Of a stretch of 37,962 nucleotides of DNA, positions 10,019-19,451 are shown piece by piece (within the stretch, counting starts at the first letter, position 1; every line of letters begins with the position of its first letter). Source of the DNA: an uncultured Acidobacteriaceae bacterium (GTDB lineage Bacteria > Acidobacteriota > Terriglobia > Terriglobales > Acidobacteriaceae); NCBI GenBank assembly GCA_964250885.1, contig CAXUIM010000005.1, positions 1 to 37,962 on the forward strand, read 5' to 3'. Both the position numbers and the translations under genes were made by a program. The notes beneath the pieces were generated by a model, which saw only the letters and a list, made by a program, of their open reading frames with translations, ran no database searches and had not been told where the DNA came from.

Positions 10019-10918
10019 TTAGCTGGTAAGGGTAGCATTCCCCAGCGAACCCGAACAGCTGCCGCTTCCGGTTCCTTGAATCGAGGTGAAGTTGATCGTA
10101 TCGGCGGTAATGTCGAAGGTACCGGTGAGCACGACCTGCGTCGCGTCTCCGCCAGTAGTGTCAAGAGTGATCATCACCTTGTTGCCTACAACGGTGCTGC
10201 CCGCAGCGTCGACCGTAGCGCTGGTGAAGCACGGAGATCCAGTGGCCGTGGCAGTTCCCGACATGAGGAAGTATCCGTCGCCCGTTCCCTGCGTCGCCTG
10301 AGTGAGATCTACCTGCAGGTTCTGCGTCGTAGTCACTCCCCCTAACTGGCCAGAATAGGTTCCGGTCAGGGTGGCATACTTGTTGCCGATCAGATTTCCC
10401 CGGGACTCCGCGGCGCAACCGTCGGTAACCAGGTACGTTCCTGTAAGCTGGTCGGCCGCCGCGTTCTTAGTGGCCGTGATGTACAGAAACTGGCCGTCTA
10501 CAGAGAACGAACTGGTGAAGTAGTCGTTCCCTTTGGTAGAACCTTGCGACGGTATCGTGGTCGCGTCCGCATAGCAGTTGCTTGCCGGCGAAGACTGGAA
10601 GACCGACGTTGTCAGATCATAGGTTCCGGGAGTCTGGTCCGTTTCGTTGATGAAACCGGCCAGGGAACTGAAAGGCGTCGGACCTGATGTTTGCGTAAGC
10701 GTGAATAGCCAGTTACCGGTCAGGTATATGTAGCCCACTGGTGAGGTGGTGGAGGTTGGGACCGGGGTCGAAACGGGCGCCCCACATCCCACCAGGGTGG
10801 AAGCAAAAGCCAAGGCCGCGCAGGACAATGCCAGCCCGCGAAGAACCGCGAAGCGAATCAAGTTAGGCTGTGGGTGTAGGGATTGGGCTGAACGCTGGGA
10901 AAGAGAAAAGAGTTGCAT
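10019..10918 (-). CDS. Hypothetical Thr/Gly/Ser-rich beta-sheet lipoprotein
   Basis: 299-aa ORF with lipobox LVG-C, a Pro/Thr linker and four mature cysteines. An AT-rich, promoter-like region lies upstream. Confidence 0.8.
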   Translation of the reverse strand: MQLFSLSQRSAQSLHPQPNLIRFAVLRGLALSCAALAFASTLVGCGAPVSTPVPTSTTSPVGYIYLTGNWLFTLTQTSGPTPFSSLAGFINETDQTPGTYDLTTSVFQSSPASNCYADATTIPSQGSTKGNDYFTSSFSVDGQFLYITATKNAAADQLTGTYLVTDGCAAESRGNLIGNKYATLTGTYSGQLGGVTTTQNLQVDLTQATQGTGDGYFLMSGTATATGSPCFTSATVDAAGSTVVGNKVMITLDTTGGDATQVVLTGTFDITADTINFTSIQGTGSGSCSGSLGNATLTS

Positions 10919-11489
10919 TTATTAACGCTCCAGGGCGCTTCGTGATCTCGTTTTTTTACAATCGTGGTAACTATTTGGTACTCATCCCATATACTCTCAT
11001 AAAGTTGCGTAAATAGTCACTTGTTTAAGCGAAAAGTGGGAAAACCGCACACTTCTTCCCCGCCTCAGCTCAGTAAGCGTAGTGGGAGGACTTCCCCTCT
11101 GGCCACTAGCTTACTCCATCGACTTGCGGTTGGGGGTGCACAACGGATCGCCCTCTCTTCCCCACAGGACAGTGCTCTTGCCCCTCTGAGCGAGGACAGA
11201 CAGATGGTCTGCGAGACTTCTGAGAACCTTTCCTGTCTGGACGGTATAGGCGCTTCCAGCTGAGAAATACTATGTGGCGCGGAATGAGGGCGAGGCCCAA
11301 TTCTGACCAGACGGCGCGAGAGCTCAGACCGCCCGCTGCTGGAGCGGCACGCCATAGGGAAGGCTCACAATTTTGGAGAACACCTGATTGCTGCCCATGG
11401 AGCGGCGCCAGCGACTTGCCATGCGGCTTCGACAGGAGGAAGCAAGCTGCCGTATGCTGCCCAACGACGCCCGTCTGCGACGGAATTGA

Positions 11490-11522
11490 GTACCGGCGCG
11501 TGTCAGGGACACACGCCGGTAC
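11490..11522 (-). terminator. Strong stem-loop downstream of the first GH/Ig-repeat gene (terminator or 3' stabilising hairpin)
   Basis: Minus strand GTACCGGCGTGTGTC-CCT-GACACGCGCCGGTAC forms a 15-bp stem with one G-U pair, about 30 nt after the stop. The U-tract is weak. Confidence 0.55.
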
Positions 11523-11553
11523 CCAGACTGAGATCGAAGTTGTTATGCCGTCG

Positions 11554-14469
11554 CTATTCGGATGCGCCACCCATGGGATTGCTGGTGGGTTCCAAGGGCG
11601 AAGGCTCTGAATGGGACCAATCGGGTGCGCTGAGAGCTGCGCTGGTTGAGACAACCTGGAAGCTGGCCGTCGTGGTGGCCGAGCTGTAGTTCCCCTCCTG
11701 GAGTTGAAGCGCCTGGAGTACTACCGTACCGGCGCCGCTAACAGTCACCTGGTCGCCGTGCTGGACGATCGCCGGCCCGCTGACAACGGTATAGTAGATA
11801 TACCCGCTGGAGGGTGAGTTGGCCTTCACCACGAAGGAACTACTACCCAGCGTTTGATTGGCGATCGGGACGAAGGTCAGCGTCGGTGCTGCCTGGACGA
11901 CGTCGAAGACGGTGGTAGCTGTCGCTGCCGCATAGTTGCCGCTGGCGGCCTGAGTGGCTTGGAGCCGAACCGTGCCGACGCTGTTGATGGTCACCGTTGA
12001 GCCGGAGACGGTGGCCGTTCCCTGGATCACGCTGTAAGTCACCGCTCCACCGGAGACCGAGGTGGCGCTCACAGTGAAGGGAGCCGCCCCGTATGTCGTG
12101 GTGGGAACGCTGGCGAAGCTCAGCGTGGTTTTTTCCGGGACGACCGTGAAGCTTGTCGTCGCGGTCCCACTTGTATACTTGCCCAACGCCGCCTGGGTCG
12201 CCTGGATGACCACGGTGCCAACGCTGGTCGGGGTGATCGCATTTGCGGACACGGTCGCGTTACCACTGAGAACCGAGTAGGTGACTGCACCGTCTGAGTT
12301 TGAACTCAGGCGTGCCCATGCCACGCTGCCAAAGGTCGTGCTGGGGATCGCATCGATGGACAAGGTCGGCGCAGAAGCTCCAACGGAGAAGCTGGTCTTG
12401 GCCTTCGCAGCCGTATAGGGGCTCGCCGCTGCCTGTGTGGCTCCAAGCCATATGGTCCCCGCACCCGTCAGAGTCAAGGTAGATCCAGAGAGAGTTGCGG
12501 GGCCGCTGATCAACTGATACGTAATGGCACCCTTCGAAGGTGTCTCAAGGCTCAGCTGAACGGGAGCGTTCCCGTAGTTCAATCCCGTGTACGCAGGAAA
12601 GCTGATGGTGGGGAGTTCCGGTGCGACCGTAAAACTGGTGGTCGCCGTGGCCGCCGCGTAGTTGCCGCTGGGCGCCTGGGACGAGCTCAATGAAACCGTG
12701 CCAGCGCCGGTCAGGGTCAGGGTGGAACCTGACACGCTGGCGGGGCCGCTGACGACCTGATAGCTGACCGCGCCGCTTGAGACGGACGAAATTGCCAGAC
12801 TCAACGGAGCTGCGCCATAGGTTTGATTGGCGATGGGGTTCATGCTGATCGTTGGCGCCTCCGGCGCGATGCTGACGCTGGCGGTGGCGGTGGAGGCGAC
12901 ATAGTTGCCGCTGGCCGCCTGGCTTGCCTTCAACACCGCCGCGCCGGCGCCGGTCAAGGTCACTGTCGATCCCGAGATGCTTGCGGGTCCACTCTCGACC
13001 GAGTAGGTGATCGCGCCGTTGGAGGCGGAGGTGGCGAATACGAGGAAGGAGGGATTGCCGTACGTCTTGGGAGCGATCGTGGCGAAGCTGAGAGTCGTCG
13101 ACTCCGTCGCGGAGGTCTCAACCAGGATGGGATCGTTGCCGGCTGTCACCGTGTTATTTACGATGGGGTGAACGACTCCCAACATGTCTCGATACTGGAC
13201 GAACTGTGACGGAACCGTATAGCTCGCACTCTGGGTGGAATTCCACAACGCCATGGATTCGTAATTGGACCGGGTGAACTGGCATGTCCAGTTGCTGTTA
13301 GAGTCCATGGCGCAGGGTGAGCTCATGGTAGCTCCAACCATCCAATCGTAGGTCTGGGCAAAAGCTGTGGCTGATTCGTTATCGCCTCCCGCCGCGGTCC
13401 AGAGCTGGCCCCATTCTGGTGTCGTGTCGTAGCCGTACCAGACGAATCTTTGAATTCCCATGGACCAATGCAGGAGGTAATACTTGGCGAGGAACGCAGA
13501 CTGGAGCTCCCAACTCGGCATCTGTTTGCCGGATCCTTCCGTATCCCACATGGGCAGACTGGACACACCATTGGTCGCCATAACGGCCTGATACTGACCG
13601 ATTTCGGTTACCAGATCTTCCGCGGTTTGATCCCAATATCCATGGAATCCGATCGCATCCACCGCGGTAGCACCACCGTCCGCCAGAAAGGTATTCAGCC
13701 AGACTGGCCCCTCGGTTCCCCCCGCCATGCCGGGCGAGATGAGGATCGCGTCGGGATCAATGCTCTTGATGATCGTCTGGGCGTGCTGGGCCATGGTCAC
13801 CAGCGTCGGTATATCTCCGCAGTAATAGCTTGTATTCTGGGGTTCGTTCCACAACTCCCAGTACTTGATCCTTCCGGCGGCATGGGTCACGACGGCGGTG
13901 AGGTAATCATCCCAGTACGTGAGGCTGGAGGGAGGGGCGCACTGTCCGTCGCCGTATGGCGTGGTGGCTGTAGGATTTGAGGATGCCCACTGCGGCGTCC
14001 TTCCCAGCGTGTAGATCATGTCCCGAGCCTGGGTCAGACCGTTGTTGGCGCTGGGCTCGTTAGCTGCGATGAACAAATCCAGATTGGCGAAATTGTAGAC
14101 TCCGGCAGACGGATTTGAATCGGCCCAGTCAGGCCCGGGGATCGCATCCCAGGAACGAGTTGTGGCGTACTGCAGATCCGCCGTTACATTGGACTCCTGC
14201 ACTGTCAGGCCGAAGTACGAGGACGGAATCACCGTGGCGGGGGTCACGTTGGCCCCTGAGGTCGCAGTCGATGTAGTCGATGTTGGAGCCGTGGTAGCCG
14301 GGGTCGGTGCTTCGGCTACCGAGGTGGATGTGCCGTGCGCGGCAACCGCGGCAACTTGAGTTCCACCACACCCTATAAGGCCGATTTGAATCGCGGCGAA
14401 AACAGGAAGGCAGAGGCGCCATGTCTTCCAAGATGTATCGGTGCTGGCTTTCTTTTTGAGTTTCAGCAT
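11554..14469 (-). CDS. Lipoprotein with a clan GH-A (GH39/PslG-like) glycoside hydrolase domain and six Ig-like repeats, copy 1
   Basis: Start set at MLKLKKK (ATG 14469, GGGG upstream) to match its paralog. Lipobox LIG-C, catalytic motifs WELWNEP and WDTEG, then six ~80-aa repeats T(L/I)SF..TYG..TYSVxSGPA..L.ATQA..NY. Confidence 0.88.
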   Translation of the reverse strand: MLKLKKKASTDTSWKTWRLCLPVFAAIQIGLIGCGGTQVAAVAAHGTSTSVAEAPTPATTAPTSTTSTATSGANVTPATVIPSSYFGLTVQESNVTADLQYATTRSWDAIPGPDWADSNPSAGVYNFANLDLFIAANEPSANNGLTQARDMIYTLGRTPQWASSNPTATTPYGDGQCAPPSSLTYWDDYLTAVVTHAAGRIKYWELWNEPQNTSYYCGDIPTLVTMAQHAQTIIKSIDPDAILISPGMAGGTEGPVWLNTFLADGGATAVDAIGFHGYWDQTAEDLVTEIGQYQAVMATNGVSSLPMWDTEGSGKQMPSWELQSAFLAKYYLLHWSMGIQRFVWYGYDTTPEWGQLWTAAGGDNESATAFAQTYDWMVGATMSSPCAMDSNSNWTCQFTRSNYESMALWNSTQSASYTVPSQFVQYRDMLGVVHPIVNNTVTAGNDPILVETSATESTTLSFATIAPKTYGNPSFLVFATSASNGAITYSVESGPASISGSTVTLTGAGAAVLKASQAASGNYVASTATASVSIAPEAPTISMNPIANQTYGAAPLSLAISSVSSGAVSYQVVSGPASVSGSTLTLTGAGTVSLSSSQAPSGNYAAATATTSFTVAPELPTISFPAYTGLNYGNAPVQLSLETPSKGAITYQLISGPATLSGSTLTLTGAGTIWLGATQAAASPYTAAKAKTSFSVGASAPTLSIDAIPSTTFGSVAWARLSSNSDGAVTYSVLSGNATVSANAITPTSVGTVVIQATQAALGKYTSGTATTSFTVVPEKTTLSFASVPTTTYGAAPFTVSATSVSGGAVTYSVIQGTATVSGSTVTINSVGTVRLQATQAASGNYAAATATTVFDVVQAAPTLTFVPIANQTLGSSSFVVKANSPSSGYIYYTVVSGPAIVQHGDQVTVSGAGTVVLQALQLQEGNYSSATTTASFQVVSTSAALSAPDWSHSEPSPLEPTSNPMGGASE

Positions 14470-14968
14470 GCAATCCCCATTAGTTCGCTCGCTCCGCAAG
14501 CGATTGATTTGCCCGATTTGAGACAAGACTTCACTGAGTACCGCGGTCGGCATGGCCGCAGCGAGGAGGTTGGAATCTCAACCGCTCAGGTCAGTTCCTG
14601 AATATGGCACAAATGTACCATGTGGTGCTATATGTGGGTAAAACATTTCCTATAAAAGGAAAATGCTCGGTCGCATTCCGGGAATACCCAATGATGTGAT
14701 CGGGTCCTAGGCAAAGTCCGGGCACACGGGCTGGCAGACACTTCGGTAATAGGTCGACTAAGATTGGGCAATGCGAGATGGCGGGCAGCATCATCGACCG
14801 CCTACGGTACACTCCGCATTCCTGGGGATCCGGGAACCCGATACGGACCTGGTGGAGCTTTGGTGAGGGAGGCGAAGTGCGGGGTTCCGTGATGGAAGGG
14901 CAGAAAGCCCTGCCGATGAGCACTGGAGCGGTCAGCCGACGGGCTGCCGGAAGCGGCACCGCGAAACG

Positions 14969-15009
14969 GAAGGCGGCCTCCGGCAATTGAAGGCGGCCTC
15001 CGGCAATTG
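14969..15009. repeat. Perfect 20-bp tandem duplication (GAAGGCGGCCTCCGGCAATT x2)
   Basis: Read directly at 14969-14988 and 14989-15008. Confidence 0.9.
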
Positions 15010-15024
15010 TGGAGCGCTGAAGTT

Positions 15025-15135
15025 TGTTGCGCTTCTCCTGTTGCTGTGGCGCGGAAATGCAGTGCGAATCCCGTTTACTTCAGAGAAACGGTGAGTTTAC
15101 CCGAAGATCGCCTTCAATTTCGGAAGGCGCGTCCT
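15025..15135 (+). repeat. Degenerate copy of MITE-like family 1
   Basis: CTTCTCCTGTTGCTGTG matches the left end of the 31185 copy. GAGAAACGG..ACCCGAAG matches its core. The right end is eroded. Confidence 0.5.
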
Positions 15136-15184
15136 CTTTGGTGTGCGCGGACGAGATCCCTCGTCTCACGGCGAGGTGTTCGTG

Positions 15185-15298
15185 CTGCGTCTGTCGCAAC
15201 GCCCCCAATATTCCGATGGAGTTCGAGTGCAGTTTTCACTGGAGAAAACGGCCACGAACTCTGAGGCTTCGCTGTACACCTGCAGCAGAAATACTTTA
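15185..15298 (+). repeat. Degenerate copy of MITE-like family 1, abutting the stop codon of GH/Ig copy 2
   Basis: GGAGAAAACGGCCACGAACTCTGAGGCTTCGCTGTACACCTGCAGCAGAAATACTTTA aligns with the family core and right TIR. Confidence 0.65.
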
Positions 15299-18226
15299 TT
15301 CCGAAGCACCGCTCAAGGATCCGTTGGAGGGGACCTGCAAGCTCTCGTACGCTTCAGAATGGGGCACGCCGGGCAAGGTGAGAGCTGCGCTGGCGGCAAC
15401 CACCTGGAAACTGGTGGTCGTTAATGCCGAGGTGTAGTTCCCCTCCTGCAGTTGCGTCGCTTTGAGCACCACGGTGCCGACGCCGGTAGGAGTTACCTGA
15501 TTTCCATTCGCGATACTCGCCGGACCGCTGACAACTGCATAGTAGACGTATCCACTCGATGCGGACGTGGCGCTCGCTACGAACGCGGCGTTGCCTACTT
15601 TCTGAACGGGAATTGAGGAGAACTTCAGTGTTGGCTTTTCCTGGACAACGTTGAAGACGGTAGTGCTGGTCGCCGCCGTGTAGTTGCCGCGGGCGGCCTG
15701 TGTGGCTTGCAACCGAACTGTGCCGACGCCCTTGATGGTGACCATCGAGCCGGAGACTGTGGCCGATCCCTGGATGACGCTGTAGGTTACCGCTCCACTG
15801 GATACCGAGGTGGCACTCACCGCAAACGCAGGCACACCGTACGTCTTCGTGGCAACGCTCGAAAATTTCAACGTTGGTGCTGTCGGAACCACCGTGAAGC
15901 TTGTCGTCGCGGTTCCGCTGGTGTAGTTGCTCAATGCAGCTTGGGTCGCTTTGATGACTACAGTTCCGACGCTGGTCGGGGTGATGCCATTGCCGGACAC
16001 CGTTGCGTTCCCACTAAGGATCGAGTAGGTAACCGCACCCTGCGAGTTCGAGTTGAGCCGTGCCCACGCCTGGGCGCCATAAGTCGTTTTGGGAATCGGA
16101 TCGATACTCAAGGTTGGCGCTTTCTGTCCCACGGAGAAGGTGGTCTTGGCGGTCCCAGTCGTATAGGGGCCAGCCGCGGCCTGTGTGGCTCCAAGCCAGA
16201 TGGTTCCCGCGCCTGTCAGGGTCAACGTGGAACCCGAGAGAGTGGCCGGGCCGCTGATTAACTGATAGGTGATGCCGCCCTTCGACGATGTTTCAAGGCT
16301 CAGCTTCAAGGCCGCATCACCGTACTTCAGTCCGGTATAGCTGGGGAAGCTGAGGGTCGGGACCTCCGATGCGACCGCAAAACTTGTGCTGGTACGGGCG
16401 GCTGCATAGTTGCCGCTGGCCACCTGGGTCGCGCTCAAGGAGATCGTGCCGGCGCCAGTGATTGTGAGGGTCGAACCTGAGATAGTGGCCGGCCCGCTGA
16501 CGACCTGGTAACTGACCGGGCCGTCAGAGACGGAGGAGATGCCGAGCCTGAACGGAGCTGCACCATAGGTTCGATCAGCGATGCTGTTGAAGCTGATCGT
16601 CGGCTCCTTTTGCGCGATGCTGATAGCGACAGTCGCGGTTGATGCGACGTAGTTGCCGCTGGCCTCCTGGCTGGCTTTGAGCACCGCCTTGCCGGCTCCG
16701 GTCAAGGTGACAGTCGATCCCGAGATGCTCGCGGGTCCGCTCTCGACCGAGTAGGTGATTGCTCCGTTGGAGGCCGAGGTAGCGAATATCAAGAAGGAAG
16801 GATCGTCATACGTCTTGGAGGGGATCGCGGCGAAGCTGAGCGTCGTCGACTCCGTCGCGGCCGTCTCAACCAGGATGGGACTGTTGTCAATGGTTACCGT
16901 GTGATCGCTGATGGGATGAACGGTCCCCTCCAGATCCCGGTACTGGACGAACTGTGACGGGACCGTCACGGTCTTCGTTGCGCTTGAGTTCCACAGCGCC
17001 ATCGACTCGTAATTGGATCGGGTGAACTGACAAGTCCAGTCGCCATCAGATTCGGTGCAAGGCGAACTCATGGTCGCTCCAACCATCCAATCGTACGTCT
17101 GCGCGTAGGCTGTGGCTGATTCGTTATTACCTCCCGCCGCAGTCCAGAGCTGGCCCCACTCTGGTACCGTATCGTAGCCGTACCAAAGGAACCTTTGAAT
17201 GCCCTGGGACCAATGCAGCAGGTAATACTTGGCGAGGAATGCAGCCTGGAGCTCCCAACTGGGCATCAGTTTGCCGGAGCCTTCGGTATCCCACATAGGC
17301 AGACTGGAAAGCCTGTTGGTGGCCATCACCGCTCGGTACTCCGCAACTTCCGTCAACAGATCTTCAGCGACCTGGTCCCAATATCCGTGAATCGCGATGG
17401 CGTCCACAGTAGCGGCGCCGCCGCTGGAGAGAAACGTATTGAGCCAGACTGGCCCTTCGGCGCCACCCGCCATACCGGGCGACAGAATGACCGCATCGGG
17501 ATCGATGTCCTTGATGATGGACCGGGCGTGCTGGGACATGGTCACCAGTGTCGGTATGTCTCCGCAGTAGTAGATCGAATTCTGGGGCTCGTTCCACAAC
17601 TCCCAGTATTTGATTTTTCCTGCGACGTGCTTCACGACCGCTGTGATGTATTCATCCCAATAGGCGAGGCTGGTGGGAGGGGCGCACTGCCCGGGACCGT
17701 ACGGCGTAGACGCTGTCGGATTTGAGGACGCCCACCGCGGGGTCCTTCCCAGCGTATAAATCATATCCCGGGCCTGCGTCAGACCATTGGTGGCGCTGGG
17801 CTGGTTGGCTGCGATAAACAGATCCAGATTGGCGAAATCGTAGACTCCGGGGGAGGGATTGGAGTCGGCCCAGTCAGGCCCGGGTATCGCATCCCAGGAA
17901 CGAGTCGTGGCGTACTTCAGATCAGCAATGATGGCCGACTGCTGCACCGTGAGACCGAAATACGAGACCGGTATCACCGTTGCCGGAGTGACGCTATCCT
18001 CCGCGACAGCCGCGACAGCCGATGTATGCGCCACCGCGGCCGGGTTCTGTGCTGAAGGTGCCTGCACCGCGGCTGCGTCCGCGGATTCGCTGTGTGAGGT
18101 GGCTGCGGAGAATCGGGTGTCACTACATCCCGACAAGAACAACTGGAACCCGAGCAGCACAGGCAAGCAGATGTGCCGTGCGCTGAGAGAAATGTTGGTG
18201 CTGGCTTTGACCGTGAGTTTCAGCAT
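15296..18226 (-). CDS. Lipoprotein with a clan GH-A (GH39/PslG-like) domain and six Ig-like repeats, copy 2 (tandem paralog)
   Basis: Lipobox LSG-C, WELWNEP and WDTEG. Colinear with copy 1, including repeat order and the GASE C-terminus. GAGG RBS. Confidence 0.9.
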   Translation of the reverse strand: MLKLTVKASTNISLSARHICLPVLLGFQLFLSGCSDTRFSAATSHSESADAAAVQAPSAQNPAAVAHTSAVAAVAEDSVTPATVIPVSYFGLTVQQSAIIADLKYATTRSWDAIPGPDWADSNPSPGVYDFANLDLFIAANQPSATNGLTQARDMIYTLGRTPRWASSNPTASTPYGPGQCAPPTSLAYWDEYITAVVKHVAGKIKYWELWNEPQNSIYYCGDIPTLVTMSQHARSIIKDIDPDAVILSPGMAGGAEGPVWLNTFLSSGGAATVDAIAIHGYWDQVAEDLLTEVAEYRAVMATNRLSSLPMWDTEGSGKLMPSWELQAAFLAKYYLLHWSQGIQRFLWYGYDTVPEWGQLWTAAGGNNESATAYAQTYDWMVGATMSSPCTESDGDWTCQFTRSNYESMALWNSSATKTVTVPSQFVQYRDLEGTVHPISDHTVTIDNSPILVETAATESTTLSFAAIPSKTYDDPSFLIFATSASNGAITYSVESGPASISGSTVTLTGAGKAVLKASQEASGNYVASTATVAISIAQKEPTISFNSIADRTYGAAPFRLGISSVSDGPVSYQVVSGPATISGSTLTITGAGTISLSATQVASGNYAAARTSTSFAVASEVPTLSFPSYTGLKYGDAALKLSLETSSKGGITYQLISGPATLSGSTLTLTGAGTIWLGATQAAAGPYTTGTAKTTFSVGQKAPTLSIDPIPKTTYGAQAWARLNSNSQGAVTYSILSGNATVSGNGITPTSVGTVVIKATQAALSNYTSGTATTSFTVVPTAPTLKFSSVATKTYGVPAFAVSATSVSSGAVTYSVIQGSATVSGSMVTIKGVGTVRLQATQAARGNYTAATSTTVFNVVQEKPTLKFSSIPVQKVGNAAFVASATSASSGYVYYAVVSGPASIANGNQVTPTGVGTVVLKATQLQEGNYTSALTTTSFQVVAASAALTLPGVPHSEAYESLQVPSNGSLSGASE

Positions 18227-19195
18227 TTAGAATCCTCATTGGTTCGTCTCGAGCCGCAAGCGATCGTTTCTGTCAAACTTCAGACAAAGGTTCACTGAGC
18301 ACAGCGGCCTTAAAGGCTGCAGCGCCGAGGTGGAAGCCCCTTACAACGCACGGATTTCTACTGCCTAATTTGGTGCAGAGCCCTGCGGCCGGAGTGGATA
18401 CCGGCACAACTCAAGACCACCTCTGTACAAGCAGGAGGAGTTTGGCGTTTTATTGGTGTTCCTCTGTGTCGCCACTCTCTCGTGGGTGCATGGGAGGAGG
18501 AACTCCGCATTCACCTTCTTTACTACCGGGGGACGACTATCATGTTGCTCGTGAGCGGGTGCGTGGATCACGCTCGCCGTCTCGACGTGTGTGATCGTGA
18601 CTGCCTGGATCTGCTATTCGGTCAGGACGCAATACGGCGCGCCTCAGCTGAGATTCTGGCGCTGGTCACGGTCCCAGGCCACTGCTATGGCTGCCGATGT
18701 CCTCTGCTTCCAATCGGCAAATTCTGCCGCTAATCAACCTGAGGGGAAGATCAGCAGGAACAGAATGTATCCACGATCTCAGGTATGCCAATTCCTCAGT
18801 GGGATCAACATCCTAGGTAGATCGGTGACTCACCCAGTCTATAAGCATGTTCTGTATTTGTGCGGCATCAGACCGAATTTTTATCGATTTCGATGCAAAG
18901 ATTTCCCTCATCCCGAGCTTCTTAAGTGAATTCGGGACGCTGCCATGTAAGAGCGATGCTTCTGCGTTGAACTCTTGAGATGTAGGCCTCAGTTACAATT
19001 TGATCGCTGTCCGGCCCAACTTATACGCTGCGCTTGATGGTTCTGCCGTCCCTTCAGCTCGAGGTCGGCATAGTCCTTGAGGACATGGAACAGAATCGGC
19101 TGAGGCGTTGACTACACGTGATCGACTGGGGCGTTGATGCACGCGCTTTCTATGAAGGTGGCGCTCTATTTGGAACAGCAGCGCAGTCGCGTCAC

Positions 19196-19312
19196 TAAGG
19201 TATTTCTCCTGTTGCGGGCAAGCGGGCAGATGGTGCGAGTGCTGCTGTCTTTTCGGGGGAACCGGCCATTGCAACCCGAAGTTCCCATTACACCTGCGGG
19301 GGAAATGCTCTA
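19196..19312 (+). mobile_element. MITE-like family 1 copy, full length (~117 bp)
   Basis: Left end TAAGGTATTTCTCCTG, right end CGGGGGAAATGCTCTA, core ACCGGCCATTGCAACCCGAAGTTCCCATTACACCTGC. Confidence 0.75.
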
Positions 19313-19451
19313 CCGGAATCTCCTGGTGTGAGCCGATCCCGCGCAGCGCCCGGGTAGCCGCGCCTTGGCGACGTGTCCGGCCGAAGTGTGCTCCGCGTGA
19401 ACCCGCGTAACAACGCAGCAGAGTGGGGCGGCGGAAGCATGACAAAGCAAG

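Noticed and set aside
14639-14669. AT-rich hairpin CATTTCCT..AGGAAAATG resembling collapsed MITE ends
   Set aside because: The match is too short to distinguish from chance or a promoter element.
19134-19331. Small ORFs sharing the peptide TPAGEMLY (also 22455-22772 -)
   Set aside because: The similarity comes from the MITE DNA, not from a protein family.
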